Assembly: GCA_963697895.1 (NCBI GenBank)
Contig: OY969100.1
Span: forward strand, 1,120,001-1,184,000
Direction of reading: 5' to 3'
Origin: an uncultured Methanomicrobiales archaeon
Lineage (GTDB): Archaea > Halobacteriota > Methanomicrobia > Methanomicrobiales > Methanospirillaceae
DNA: 64,000 bases
In this document: piece by piece, positions 8,782-17,721 of the stretch
How the letters are laid out: the number at the start of each line of letters is the position of its first letter
Position numbering within the stretch: the first letter of the stretch is position 1
Translations under genes and position numbers: made by a program
Notes under the pieces: model-generated
The model's input: the letters and a program-made list of their open reading frames with translations, nothing else
Database searches by the model: none
What the model was told of the DNA's origin: nothing

Positions 8782-9675
8782 ATGAAAGAACCGGAACATA
8801 AAACGAATCCGACCTTTGCGTTGGTCCTCGGCGGGGGCGGCCTGCTGGGGGCTGCTTGGGAGGCAGGATTGATTGCCGGCATCGCAGAAGAAGAAGCCGG
8901 AATTACCCGGGCGGACCGGCTCATCGGGACTTCCTCTGGTGCGATTATCGGGTTGCAGATAGCTCTCGGACGAGCACCAGGGGACATTTTCCAGGGCCAG
9001 ATCGCTATGGCGGAGGATTACATAAAACAAAATCCTGTCCGGCCGGAGAGCAGTCCGTCACCGGCCGGGCAACCTCCCATTATTCAGGAGATCCTGAAAG
9101 CGGCTCTCGAGGGTGATGTACCCCGGGAATTGCTGGCAAAGATCGGCAGGATAGCGCTCGAGGCTCCCGCACTCCCCGAAGAACCATTCGTTGCCCAATT
9201 TCAGCCGCTCCTCAAACCGGGCGAGAGGTGGCCCGATCGATTCGTCTGCATCGCACTCGATGTGGAGGACGGCACCCTCGCGGTCTGGGACAAAGATTCC
9301 CGGGTTGATCCGGTTCGTGCAATTGCGGCAAGTGCTGCCGCTCCGTTCGTGGTGACCCCGATTCAGATCCATGGTCACCGGTACATGGACGCCGGTCTCC
9401 GGTCAACGACAAACGCCGACATTGCAAAAGGATTTGACCGCGTTGTTATTGTGGCACCGTCTGCTGCGTTCATGCCTGAGTTGAAAATACCGGCAAAGCG
9501 GGAGGTTGCTATGATTGAACAGGCGGGAGGAAAGGCTATCCTGATCACGCCGGACAAATATTCAACGGAGGCGATGGGATTCAATCCCATGGATGCAGCG
9601 CGAAGCGGGGCAGTGGCAAGGACAGCGTTTAAACAGGGTAAAGAAGAATCGGGGGCGATAAAAGAGTTACTCTGA
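8782..9675 (+). CDS. patatin-like phospholipase
   Basis: 'LVLGGGG', 'GTSSG' and 'YMDAG'; start placed at ATG 8782. Confidence 0.88.
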   Translation: MKEPEHKTNPTFALVLGGGGLLGAAWEAGLIAGIAEEEAGITRADRLIGTSSGAIIGLQIALGRAPGDIFQGQIAMAEDYIKQNPVRPESSPSPAGQPPIIQEILKAALEGDVPRELLAKIGRIALEAPALPEEPFVAQFQPLLKPGERWPDRFVCIALDVEDGTLAVWDKDSRVDPVRAIAASAAAPFVVTPIQIHGHRYMDAGLRSTTNADIAKGFDRVVIVAPSAAFMPELKIPAKREVAMIEQAGGKAILITPDKYSTEAMGFNPMDAARSGAVARTAFKQGKEESGAIKELL

Positions 9676-10006
9676 AGGGTGGGCACCGTTCAGGTGTGTA
9701 TCGAAGAAGCCCGGATGTTCCAGGAGGTGACTCAGGCCCTCCTCACGTGAAATGCTATCCCTTTTATAATGTGGAGATCCTCAGGAACGAGAGCGGGAAG
9801 ATAATATAAGACAGAATATATGAAATTCCGGCATATCGTCAGATTTACGGTCACCCGGCAACGTGGCCGAAAAGATTATTGCCCCGGAACACTATCCACC
9901 CTCCAATGCCCTGCACCGGGAGGGTTTGGGAAGCCGCTGAGGTGGAGGCGTTCCCTGGCAGAACCTCCTGACGAACGGGCAGGTAATGAGAAGCGGAGGC
10001 GAAAAT

Positions 10007-10264
10007 ATGTTATTTTTCCTGAAGTTCACGTTCGACCCCGAGCATACCCAGCGGGTGATCGAACTCTGGAAGCACTTCACCTTCCCCAAAGAAGTGAAGA
10101 TGATCGGACGGTATTTACTTATCGGCAAGCACACGTCGGTGGCGATATTCGAAGCACCGGACGCGGAGACCCTGATAAAGATCGTCGGACCGTTTGCAGG
10201 CCTGGGGGTCGCCCATATAACCCCGGCGATGCCGCTCGAAGAGGCCCTGAAAGTCTGGTGGTAG
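10007..10264 (+). CDS. DUF3303-like small protein
   Basis: 'MLFFLKFTF...IGRY......VAIFEA.D...ITPAM'; ggagg upstream. Confidence 0.7.
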   Translation: MLFFLKFTFDPEHTQRVIELWKHFTFPKEVKMIGRYLLIGKHTSVAIFEAPDAETLIKIVGPFAGLGVAHITPAMPLEEALKVWW

Positions 10265-10455
10265 ATTCTCTCTCCCGCAAGGTCCTACCTATATCTTTCC
10301 TTTTTCCCGAAATTCTCCCTGCAACCGGTCCGGCCAGGGAACGACGATTCTTCCCGGACTGGCAATGTCACCGGTAAAAAATCCGGATTGTCCGGTAAAA
10401 TATTTATTTTCCTAAGGATTCAAAAAAAAAGAGGGGCGGGGGATAGGCGATAATT

Positions 10456-10914
10456 TCATTCGTGCATGATCTCATCGAGTTCGATCCGGAACCGGGTGAC
10501 CGTGTCCAGTTTCCGCTTATCCCTGCCGAACCATGCCAGGATTCCGGCGATAAATAAGATAAGCGCGTTCATGAGGAACAGGTACATGTTTACGGATATC
10601 GACAGGGTACTCTGGAAGGTCGGCGTTCCATAGGAGAGGGTATTGATCACCGTATTACGGAACAGGTACCCAAAGAGGATCAGCACTATTCCGGATATGA
10701 AAAAGAGAACCGGTCCGGCCGTCCGGCGCTTTGCGATGAAATATAACCCGACGATCTCGACGAAGACCAGGAGGAGGACCCCGTATATCAGGGAAGACAG
10801 GGGGGTAAGGAGGTACGGGCCGGTCGAACCCCAGAGCATGAACCCGATTATCAGGTTTACGATGATCCCGATCGCCCCGATAATTATCGCGATTCTGGTT
10901 ACCAGTGGCTGCAT
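10456..10914 (-). CDS. hypothetical membrane protein (about 4 TM)
   Basis: Hydrophobic 152-aa ORF occupying the gap between genes. Confidence 0.7.
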   Translation of the reverse strand: MQPLVTRIAIIIGAIGIIVNLIIGFMLWGSTGPYLLTPLSSLIYGVLLLVFVEIVGLYFIAKRRTAGPVLFFISGIVLILFGYLFRNTVINTLSYGTPTFQSTLSISVNMYLFLMNALILFIAGILAWFGRDKRKLDTVTRFRIELDEIMHE

Positions 10915-11202
10915 AGATCTCTCATAACACGCTGGGAGGTTATGAATTTTATTCTCCCTTTCCGGGTTGAACCGGGGAGCACGGCGGTGGAGGATCGACA
11001 GGGAGGAAGAGACAGAACATCGGCTAACGGGCGATCACGGTCGTGCACGGAATGAGAGCGATGAAAACGGGAGACGAAGCCCGAAGGGGAATTGATTCGG
11101 TGACAATGAACGGCAGGGCATTCCCACCCGAAATTAACAGGCTTCCGGGGTTTTAATTATCGTGCAGGTATACAGTAATCAGGTGAATCGAAGGAACAGG
11201 TC

Positions 11203-11925
11203 ATGAAAGAGATCAAATGGAGAAGCTGGGACCGTTCCACGTGGATACTGGTCATAATCGGCATTTTAGTTGCTGCATTTCTTATCCAGTACCTGTTCCT
11301 CTGGATATTCTGGGTATATGGCCCCATCAGTCATCCGGGAGCGTACGAATACGGGATAACGGTGACCGGGCTCTCCGGCTTCACCGGCGGCGATTCCACC
11401 CGGATTGATATTCCTTTTCCCGAGAAGATTGATAATACAACCGTATTCCGGCCGCAGGATATCGATAACCGGACATCCGGGATATGGACCTCGCGGCTGG
11501 TTTCGGGATCCGGAGGCCCGATGATCCGTTTCTCGACCAGTGAACAAAACCTGACCGATATTCATGCCGTGTTCTATCGCAAGGAGGAAGGCCACATGGA
11601 CCGGTACCGGGATCTTTCGGAAAAAATGAGTCCGTATATCGAAAATGCCACAACCCCCTATACCCGGTGGATCTATAATCAAAGTCCCGGGGAGGGTCCG
11701 GTTACCCGGGTGGCCGTCGATTCCGGACTCAAACCGCATGATGCATACTCGAACCTCACCTTCGACCTCGAATTTACTGCAGGAGGAGGCGTCGTCTCCA
11801 GCCAGCCGAGAGATTGGTACCGGTTGAGTGTTGTCGAGGATATCCCTGCCGGGGTCACGGGAAGTATACCCGTCAGGGTCCAGATCGGGAAACAGGTGAA
11901 CAACCGCTGGGTTCCTTTCCCGTGA
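11203..11925 (+). CDS. membrane-anchored hypothetical protein
   Basis: One N-terminal TM followed by a beta-rich soluble domain. Confidence 0.7.
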   Translation: MKEIKWRSWDRSTWILVIIGILVAAFLIQYLFLWIFWVYGPISHPGAYEYGITVTGLSGFTGGDSTRIDIPFPEKIDNTTVFRPQDIDNRTSGIWTSRLVSGSGGPMIRFSTSEQNLTDIHAVFYRKEEGHMDRYRDLSEKMSPYIENATTPYTRWIYNQSPGEGPVTRVAVDSGLKPHDAYSNLTFDLEFTAGGGVVSSQPRDWYRLSVVEDIPAGVTGSIPVRVQIGKQVNNRWVPFP

Positions 11926-12069
11926 GCAGATGAGGGTATGGACCTTCCTCTCGTTTTTTCGCGAAGGGATTCCTAACCGCACCACCGGGGCACGGGCGTC
12001 TGCGGTTCACCATGCCGGGACCAGCCGTATCCGCAGATTCTATACGCCTGCACGGTACAGATCTCCCTC

Positions 12070-12885
12070 TTGAAAGGAGGAGCTCCCACGCCGCTGATCG
12101 AATTCCCCCCGGATCAGGATTATCGCGGAGAGGGTATTTCGCAGGGACTTGCCCGGGGCATGCTTGTCTCTGCCGACGGGAGGAATATCACCGGGGAGGG
12201 GATGGGTATCGGCGCTGTCGCCCTGAAGGACGCCCGGTTCTCCTACTTCTCCCGGGAGTGCACCACGACGGTGCACGGGCCGGACCGTATGGAAAAGGCC
12301 TATCTCATCGATACCCGCATGCTCTGGGGCCGGAAGGATTCCCCCTCGGTCTCCCTGACCCGGTTCATGGAGCGGGTGAACAACGGGTACATGCGATGGC
12401 CCGTCCTCCAGTATCTCCTTCCCGTGGGATCTTCCGCGAAGAATCTCCTCGGCCTCCGGCCTGTCTTCGAACCCATCCCTCCGGTCGCCGAGGGACGGTT
12501 CATCTACCGCATAACGGGGAACCGGATCGAAGTCTCCTGCACGATCCGCCCCCTCGCCGGGCGTCTGCCATCCGTGTATATCCTCAGTGAACTTGCCGCA
12601 GATTCGTTCACCCATGCGTTCTCGGGGGGAACGGTGACGAAACCTCCTTCCGGGTGGGTCCGGCATGAACCCGGGAGCGACCTGTACGACCCGGTTCACC
12701 GGCTCCGGTTCACGTTCTCCCCGGGTTCATCAGGGGGATCGGCCCCTCCCACGGTCTGGTGGGGGCGGGAGCATACGAAGAACCTCCGGTGGGCGGGCTA
12801 TTCCCTGGAATTCCCCGAGGGGGAGGAGTCAGGAAAACCTGTTTCGTGCAACTACACGGTCTGTCTCCGGGAGGAATCCCCGTGA
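12070..12885 (+). CDS. hypothetical protein coupled to the radical SAM gene
   Basis: 271-aa ORF whose stop overlaps the next GTG (GTGA). The true start may be ATG 12012 with an indel near 12065. Confidence 0.65.
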   Translation: MKGGAPTPLIEFPPDQDYRGEGISQGLARGMLVSADGRNITGEGMGIGAVALKDARFSYFSRECTTTVHGPDRMEKAYLIDTRMLWGRKDSPSVSLTRFMERVNNGYMRWPVLQYLLPVGSSAKNLLGLRPVFEPIPPVAEGRFIYRITGNRIEVSCTIRPLAGRLPSVYILSELAADSFTHAFSGGTVTKPPSGWVRHEPGSDLYDPVHRLRFTFSPGSSGGSAPPTVWWGREHTKNLRWAGYSLEFPEGEESGKPVSCNYTVCLREESP

Positions 12886-14321
12886 AGGGCGTAGGAGGGC
12901 TCGCACTGGCACGGGTCGATGCGGCCCTGCCGGGAGAGATCCCGGAGCGTGACGGTGGCGTTGCGCTCATATTCCCGTATCTCCGCGAGGAAGATCCGGT
13001 CGAACCCGAAAAACTGTTTCCCCCCCTCTCCGTCGCGTATCTCTCCAGCCAGCTGAAGGAGCGGTCGGTGCCGGTATCGGTGTACGACGGGACCTTCCGC
13101 TCCCCCGATGAGATCATCCGGGACGTGGCCCGTGAAGAACCCGCGATCGTCAGCATCTACCTGATGATCACGATGGTCCGGAACGGATCGTACCTCCTTG
13201 ATTCCCTGAAAAGACTGCTACCCGACACGCTCTTTATCACCGGCGGGCCTCTCCCGACCCTCTACCCGGTGCGGTTTGCCAATACATTCGATATCGTCTT
13301 CCGGGGGGAGGGCGATCTCACCGTCGCCCGGTTCTGCGACGAGTACCGGACTGCCGGGTGCACCCCGGCCGACCTCTCCGCCCTGGACCTCTCTTCCTAC
13401 CGGGGCATCTACCGGCACCGGGGAGAGAAGATAGTCAGCGTGCCGCCGGTCCACCACCCGGTTTCCGTCATCGAAGCGCTCCCGCTCCCCGACCGGAGCG
13501 GCTTCGACCACCGCCGGTACCAGGAGTTCTGGGAACGCACCGCCGGGTGCCGGATGACGACGATCCTGATCACGCGGGGGTGCCCGTACTCCTGTGATTT
13601 CTGCTCGAAACCCGTCTGGGGAAATGATTACCGGAAACCCTCCCTGGACCGGGTGTTTGCCGAGATCCGGGAGATCCTCGCGCTCGGGTACAACCGGCTC
13701 TGGATCGCGGATGACTCGTTCACCCTCGATACCGGGTATCTCCGGGAGTTCTGCACGAGCAAGGTCCGGGAGGGGCTCCCGTTCACCTGGGTCTGCCTCT
13801 CGCGGGTCGACCGGCTCGATTCGGCGATCGTCGGTCTCATGCGGGATGCCGGGTGCGTGCGGGTCTACCTGGGGCTCGAGTCCGGAAACGATGCAACACT
13901 CCGGCTCATGGGCAAGCAGGCGACGGTTGCGGAGGGGATCGAGGCGGTCCGGCTCTTCCGGGAGGCAGGGATCGAGACCTCGGCCTTCTTCATCGTCGGG
14001 TACCCGGGCGAGACGGAGCAATCGGTGGATGACACCCTTGCACTTGCCTCCTCTCTCCCGCTCGACGAGATCTCGATCAACGTCCCCTTCCCTCTTCCGG
14101 GATCCCCGCTCTTTTCCCGGGTGGGCTCCGTCGACACCACGGCAGACTGGGACAAGGCCAACGATATCACCTTCATTTATCAATCCGAATTCGACGAATC
14201 CGTGTTACGGGAGAAGATCCAACGGGCCGGGGACCTGTTCCGGGAAAGAAAACGGGAACGGAAAGAGAGAGAAAAGCCGGGGGTGATCTTTCCGGGGAAT
14301 GCCGGGGACTTTGTCCGGTGA
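12882..14321 (+). CDS. B12-binding domain radical SAM protein
   Basis: 'PPLSVAYL', 'GGPLPT', 'RGEGD', 'TRGCPYSCDFC' and 'GLESG'. Confidence 0.9.
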   Translation: MKGVGGLALARVDAALPGEIPERDGGVALIFPYLREEDPVEPEKLFPPLSVAYLSSQLKERSVPVSVYDGTFRSPDEIIRDVAREEPAIVSIYLMITMVRNGSYLLDSLKRLLPDTLFITGGPLPTLYPVRFANTFDIVFRGEGDLTVARFCDEYRTAGCTPADLSALDLSSYRGIYRHRGEKIVSVPPVHHPVSVIEALPLPDRSGFDHRRYQEFWERTAGCRMTTILITRGCPYSCDFCSKPVWGNDYRKPSLDRVFAEIREILALGYNRLWIADDSFTLDTGYLREFCTSKVREGLPFTWVCLSRVDRLDSAIVGLMRDAGCVRVYLGLESGNDATLRLMGKQATVAEGIEAVRLFREAGIETSAFFIVGYPGETEQSVDDTLALASSLPLDEISINVPFPLPGSPLFSRVGSVDTTADWDKANDITFIYQSEFDESVLREKIQRAGDLFRERKRERKEREKPGVIFPGNAGDFVR

Positions 14322-14598
14322 CACGATTCACGAAGGAATGCAGGGTGATACGTAAATTGACACCGGACGAGGGACAGATGTCATCCATACGAAAACAGAA
14401 GGGAAGAGGGAAATTTTCCACACGCAGGGAAATTGGGGGATCCTTGTCAGCCGATACAGGGAAATTGCAGACATGTCTGGTTCATTTCAACAGGAAAACA
14501 TCCTGTGGCGAGAATACACCACTCCTGCCGGCTGATACCAGGTTCCCGAAAATCCATATCATTTTTTAATCTGTCTGCTTACATCTTCTGGAAACCAG

Positions 14599-15792
14599 AT
14601 GCCGTCCACCCAGCTTCCCGCTTTTCATCTCATGGCAAAACCCGGGGGATCCCGGTGCAACCTGGCCTGCCGGTATTGCTTCTACCTCGGTAAACGGGAG
14701 CTGTATCCGGGAAGCCGGTTCCACATGTCCGATGAAGTCCTTGAAGAGTACATACGGCAGACCATCGGGGCCCATCGCATCCCGGAAGTCACGTTTGCAT
14801 GGCAGGGTGGTGAGCCCACCGTTCTTGGTCCTGACTTCTTCAGAAAGGCGATTGAACTGCAGAAGAAGTATTGCAGACCCGGGATGGTGATCCATAACAC
14901 CCTCCAGACGAACGGTACCCTGCTCGACGACCAGTGGTGCGAATTTTTCCGGAAAAACGGGTTTCTCGTCGGTATCAGCATCGATGGACCAAAGGATCTG
15001 CACGACGCCTGCAGGACAGATGCACAGGGCAGGGGTACTTTTGAACGCGTGATGCAGGGGCTCTCTCTCCTGAAAGAGCATCATGTTGAGTTCAATATCC
15101 TGTGTACCGTCAATGCGGTGAACGGGGACCACCCTCTTCTCGTCTACCGCTTCTTCCGGGATGAGGCGAAGGTGCAGTTCATCCAGTTCATCCCGGTGGT
15201 GGAACGTGACCCTCAGACGGGTGAAATGGCACCCTGTTCCGTGAGGCCGGACCAGTTCGGGAAATTCCTGATCGGGGTCTTTGATGAATGGGTACGACAT
15301 GACGTGGGAGCGGTATATGTCCAGCAGTTCGATACCGCCCTTGCCTGCTGGTACGGCGAACCCCATGGAATTTGCGTTTTTTCGCCCACCTGCGGGCATG
15401 CGATGGTGATCGAGCACAACGGGGATATCTACTCGTGCGATCATTTCGTCAATCCTGAGCACCTGCTCGGGAATATCCTGGTCACTCCGCTGGCAGAGCT
15501 GGTCAACAGCGGGAGACAATCACAATTTGGCCGTGATAAACGCGAAACACTCCCGAAACACTGCCGGGACTGCCCGGTCCTCTTCGCATGTCAGGGTGAA
15601 TGCCCGAAGAACCGGTTCGCGATAGCACCCGGTGGGGAACCCGGCCTGAATTATCTCTGTGAAGGCTACCGGATGTTCTTCTCGCATATTACCGGACCGA
15701 TGAAGTTCATGGTACGCGAATTAACAGCCGGTCGGCCGCCGTCGAATATCATGAAGTTCGTTGCGAGCCGGAATATCTCTGATACTCAATGA
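14599..15792 (+). CDS. anaerobic sulfatase maturase-type radical SAM/SPASM protein
   Basis: 'CNLACRYCFY', 'WQGGEP', 'QTNG', 'YSCDHFV' and 'C..C......GECPKNRF'. Confidence 0.92.
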   Translation: MPSTQLPAFHLMAKPGGSRCNLACRYCFYLGKRELYPGSRFHMSDEVLEEYIRQTIGAHRIPEVTFAWQGGEPTVLGPDFFRKAIELQKKYCRPGMVIHNTLQTNGTLLDDQWCEFFRKNGFLVGISIDGPKDLHDACRTDAQGRGTFERVMQGLSLLKEHHVEFNILCTVNAVNGDHPLLVYRFFRDEAKVQFIQFIPVVERDPQTGEMAPCSVRPDQFGKFLIGVFDEWVRHDVGAVYVQQFDTALACWYGEPHGICVFSPTCGHAMVIEHNGDIYSCDHFVNPEHLLGNILVTPLAELVNSGRQSQFGRDKRETLPKHCRDCPVLFACQGECPKNRFAIAPGGEPGLNYLCEGYRMFFSHITGPMKFMVRELTAGRPPSNIMKFVASRNISDTQ

Positions 15793-16055
15793 GTCGAATA
15801 ACCCGGTAGGACATGAAGTTCATTGCGGGCCGGAATATCTCTGATACTCAATGAGTCGAATAACCCGGTAGGACATGAAGTTCATTGCGGGCCGGAATAT
15901 CTCTGATACTCAATGAGTCGAATAACCCGGTAGGACATGAAATGTATTGCGATCAGAATACACTGATACTTAATGAGTCGAATAACCCGGTAGGACATGA
16001 AGTGTATTGCGAGCCGGAATACCTCTGATACACAATCAGCCGGGAAACCCGGTCG
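15750..16055. repeat. tandem repeat, about 5 x 62 bp
   Basis: catgaa unit starts at 15750, 15812, 15874, 15936 and 15996; no spacers between units. Confidence 0.95.
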
Positions 16056-16116
16056 GAACGATCCGTTCCCGTGTGGAAGCGGGAAATAGTACAAGCATTG
16101 TTGTAGGGGAACGTGA
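15997..16116 (+). pseudogene. detached, degenerate SEC-C zinc-binding motif
   Basis: Translates as MKCIASRNTSDTQSAGKPGRNDPFPCGSGK*YKHCCRGT*; the canonical motif is GRNDPCPCGSGKKYK.CC. Confidence 0.85.
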
Positions 16117-16228
16117 ATGGCCTGAGCGTTCCAGCCTCCCTGCCCCCCGCTTTTTCGGAAAGATCAAAACCACTTATTTATATACGAACCCTGCACGAAC
16201 CTCAGGCAACAAACCGAGACGAGATACC

Positions 16229-17563
16229 ATGCCCGAGATCCAGGAACCTGCAGGCACCGCAGAACCCCCTCCGCTGGGGTCCAGCGAAGTTACTTCCATC
16301 CAGGGAACGAGTTCGCGGATCTGGCATATTGTTCTCATCGCGTTCATCGCGATCGCCTTTACCGCGGTCTACATGACCAGCTATCTCTGGTTAAACGATC
16401 AGATCTGGTTCGAGAACGATTTTGTCCTGAACAATCCCTGGACGATCCCCGCCCTGGTTTTGTTCTTCTCTCTGCTCGTCGGTCTCAGCCAGAGATACCT
16501 GCACGCACCGACGGTGATCAAAGGCGGGTTCGTGGAATCGATCAAAGGAGGTGGAGAACACGCGAATTACCGGACCTTTCCGGGCGCCCTGCTCTCCTCA
16601 TTCGCCTCGCTCCTCTCCGGGGCAAGTATCGGGCCTGAGGGTACGATCGCGATCCTGGTCGGGGATATCGCGGAATTCACCCGGGAGAAGTTGAAGATCG
16701 CCGTCGATTCTGCGAATGATGCCCTCGGGTTCGATGTCGCCGCCCTCGCCTCGGCGTTCAACGGCATCATCGGCAGTGTATTGTTCACCGGAGTGTTTGC
16801 CACCGAGTTCCAGGTCGGGGGGAAGAAAGACGCCCTCAGGTTCCTTATCTGGAACCTCCTTGCAGGCACCATCGGGTTCCTCTTTTATATCTCTCTGGGT
16901 CTTCCCGCATTTTTCCAGTCGATCGTGTTCACCCCGATCGACGAACTGAAGATTGAGTATATCGTGTACGCGATCCTGCTCGGCGTACTGGGGGCGGTGC
17001 TCGCACTCTTCTCCGGGCTGTCGATGCAGGGGATAGGGAGGATCATCGAGCGGACATTCGGGGACCGGGTGGTTACCCGTATCCTCGCCGCGGGAGTGAT
17101 AATCGCGATCATCGGGTATTTTATCCCGCAGCTGCTCTTCTCCGGGGAGGTACAGATCCACACGATCATCGAAAACCCCGCGGAGGTAGGAATCGCCCTG
17201 CTCCTCCTCATGGCGATACTGAAGATCCTCCTCCTCGCCCTTTCGTTCAAGAGCGGGTATCTCGGCGGTCCCATCTTCCCGATCCTCTTTTCCTGCACGA
17301 TGATCGCCCTCGCCCTGAACCTTGCCTTTCCCAGTGTCCCGCTCTCGATCCTGGTCCTCTGCATCGAGAGTGCCGCGATCACCCTGGCACTGGGTGCACC
17401 GCTGACGGCGATCCTCCTGGTCACTGTTGTCGGTACCGCAAGCCAGTACGAGATCGCTCTCCTCGCACTTTCCGCGGTTACTGCAATGGCCATCGCCCTG
17501 GCAGCCAGGGAGCTCCGGGAACGCCGGAATGCACAGAAATCTCCCCTGGTTGCCGCCGCCTGA
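16229..17563 (+). CDS. CLC-family chloride channel/transporter
   Basis: 'GASIGPEG', 'GYLGGPIFP', 'LLFSGE'; many TMs. Confidence 0.85.
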   Translation: MPEIQEPAGTAEPPPLGSSEVTSIQGTSSRIWHIVLIAFIAIAFTAVYMTSYLWLNDQIWFENDFVLNNPWTIPALVLFFSLLVGLSQRYLHAPTVIKGGFVESIKGGGEHANYRTFPGALLSSFASLLSGASIGPEGTIAILVGDIAEFTREKLKIAVDSANDALGFDVAALASAFNGIIGSVLFTGVFATEFQVGGKKDALRFLIWNLLAGTIGFLFYISLGLPAFFQSIVFTPIDELKIEYIVYAILLGVLGAVLALFSGLSMQGIGRIIERTFGDRVVTRILAAGVIIAIIGYFIPQLLFSGEVQIHTIIENPAEVGIALLLLMAILKILLLALSFKSGYLGGPIFPILFSCTMIALALNLAFPSVPLSILVLCIESAAITLALGAPLTAILLVTVVGTASQYEIALLALSAVTAMAIALAARELRERRNAQKSPLVAAA

Positions 17564-17721
17564 CCAGATCCTTTTATTTTTTAAAAATCAGAGAGTATTG
17601 GTGCGTTCTTCCTTTTTGACTTCTTCACCCTCGACGTATACTGGATGATGATTGTCATCAATTCATCTCAATGAACGGATATTTCGCGTGGAAATAGTGC
17701 ATATAAAAAGAAGGGGCGATT

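Noticed and set aside
15750-16055. 62-bp array as a CRISPR array
   Set aside because: The units are contiguous with no unique spacers and derive from the 3' end of the upstream gene.
16087-16089. In-frame TAG in the SEC-C remnant as a pyrrolysine codon
   Set aside because: The motif also carries a Cys-to-Phe change and is already cut off by upstream stops. No pyl genes are visible, so simple decay explains it.
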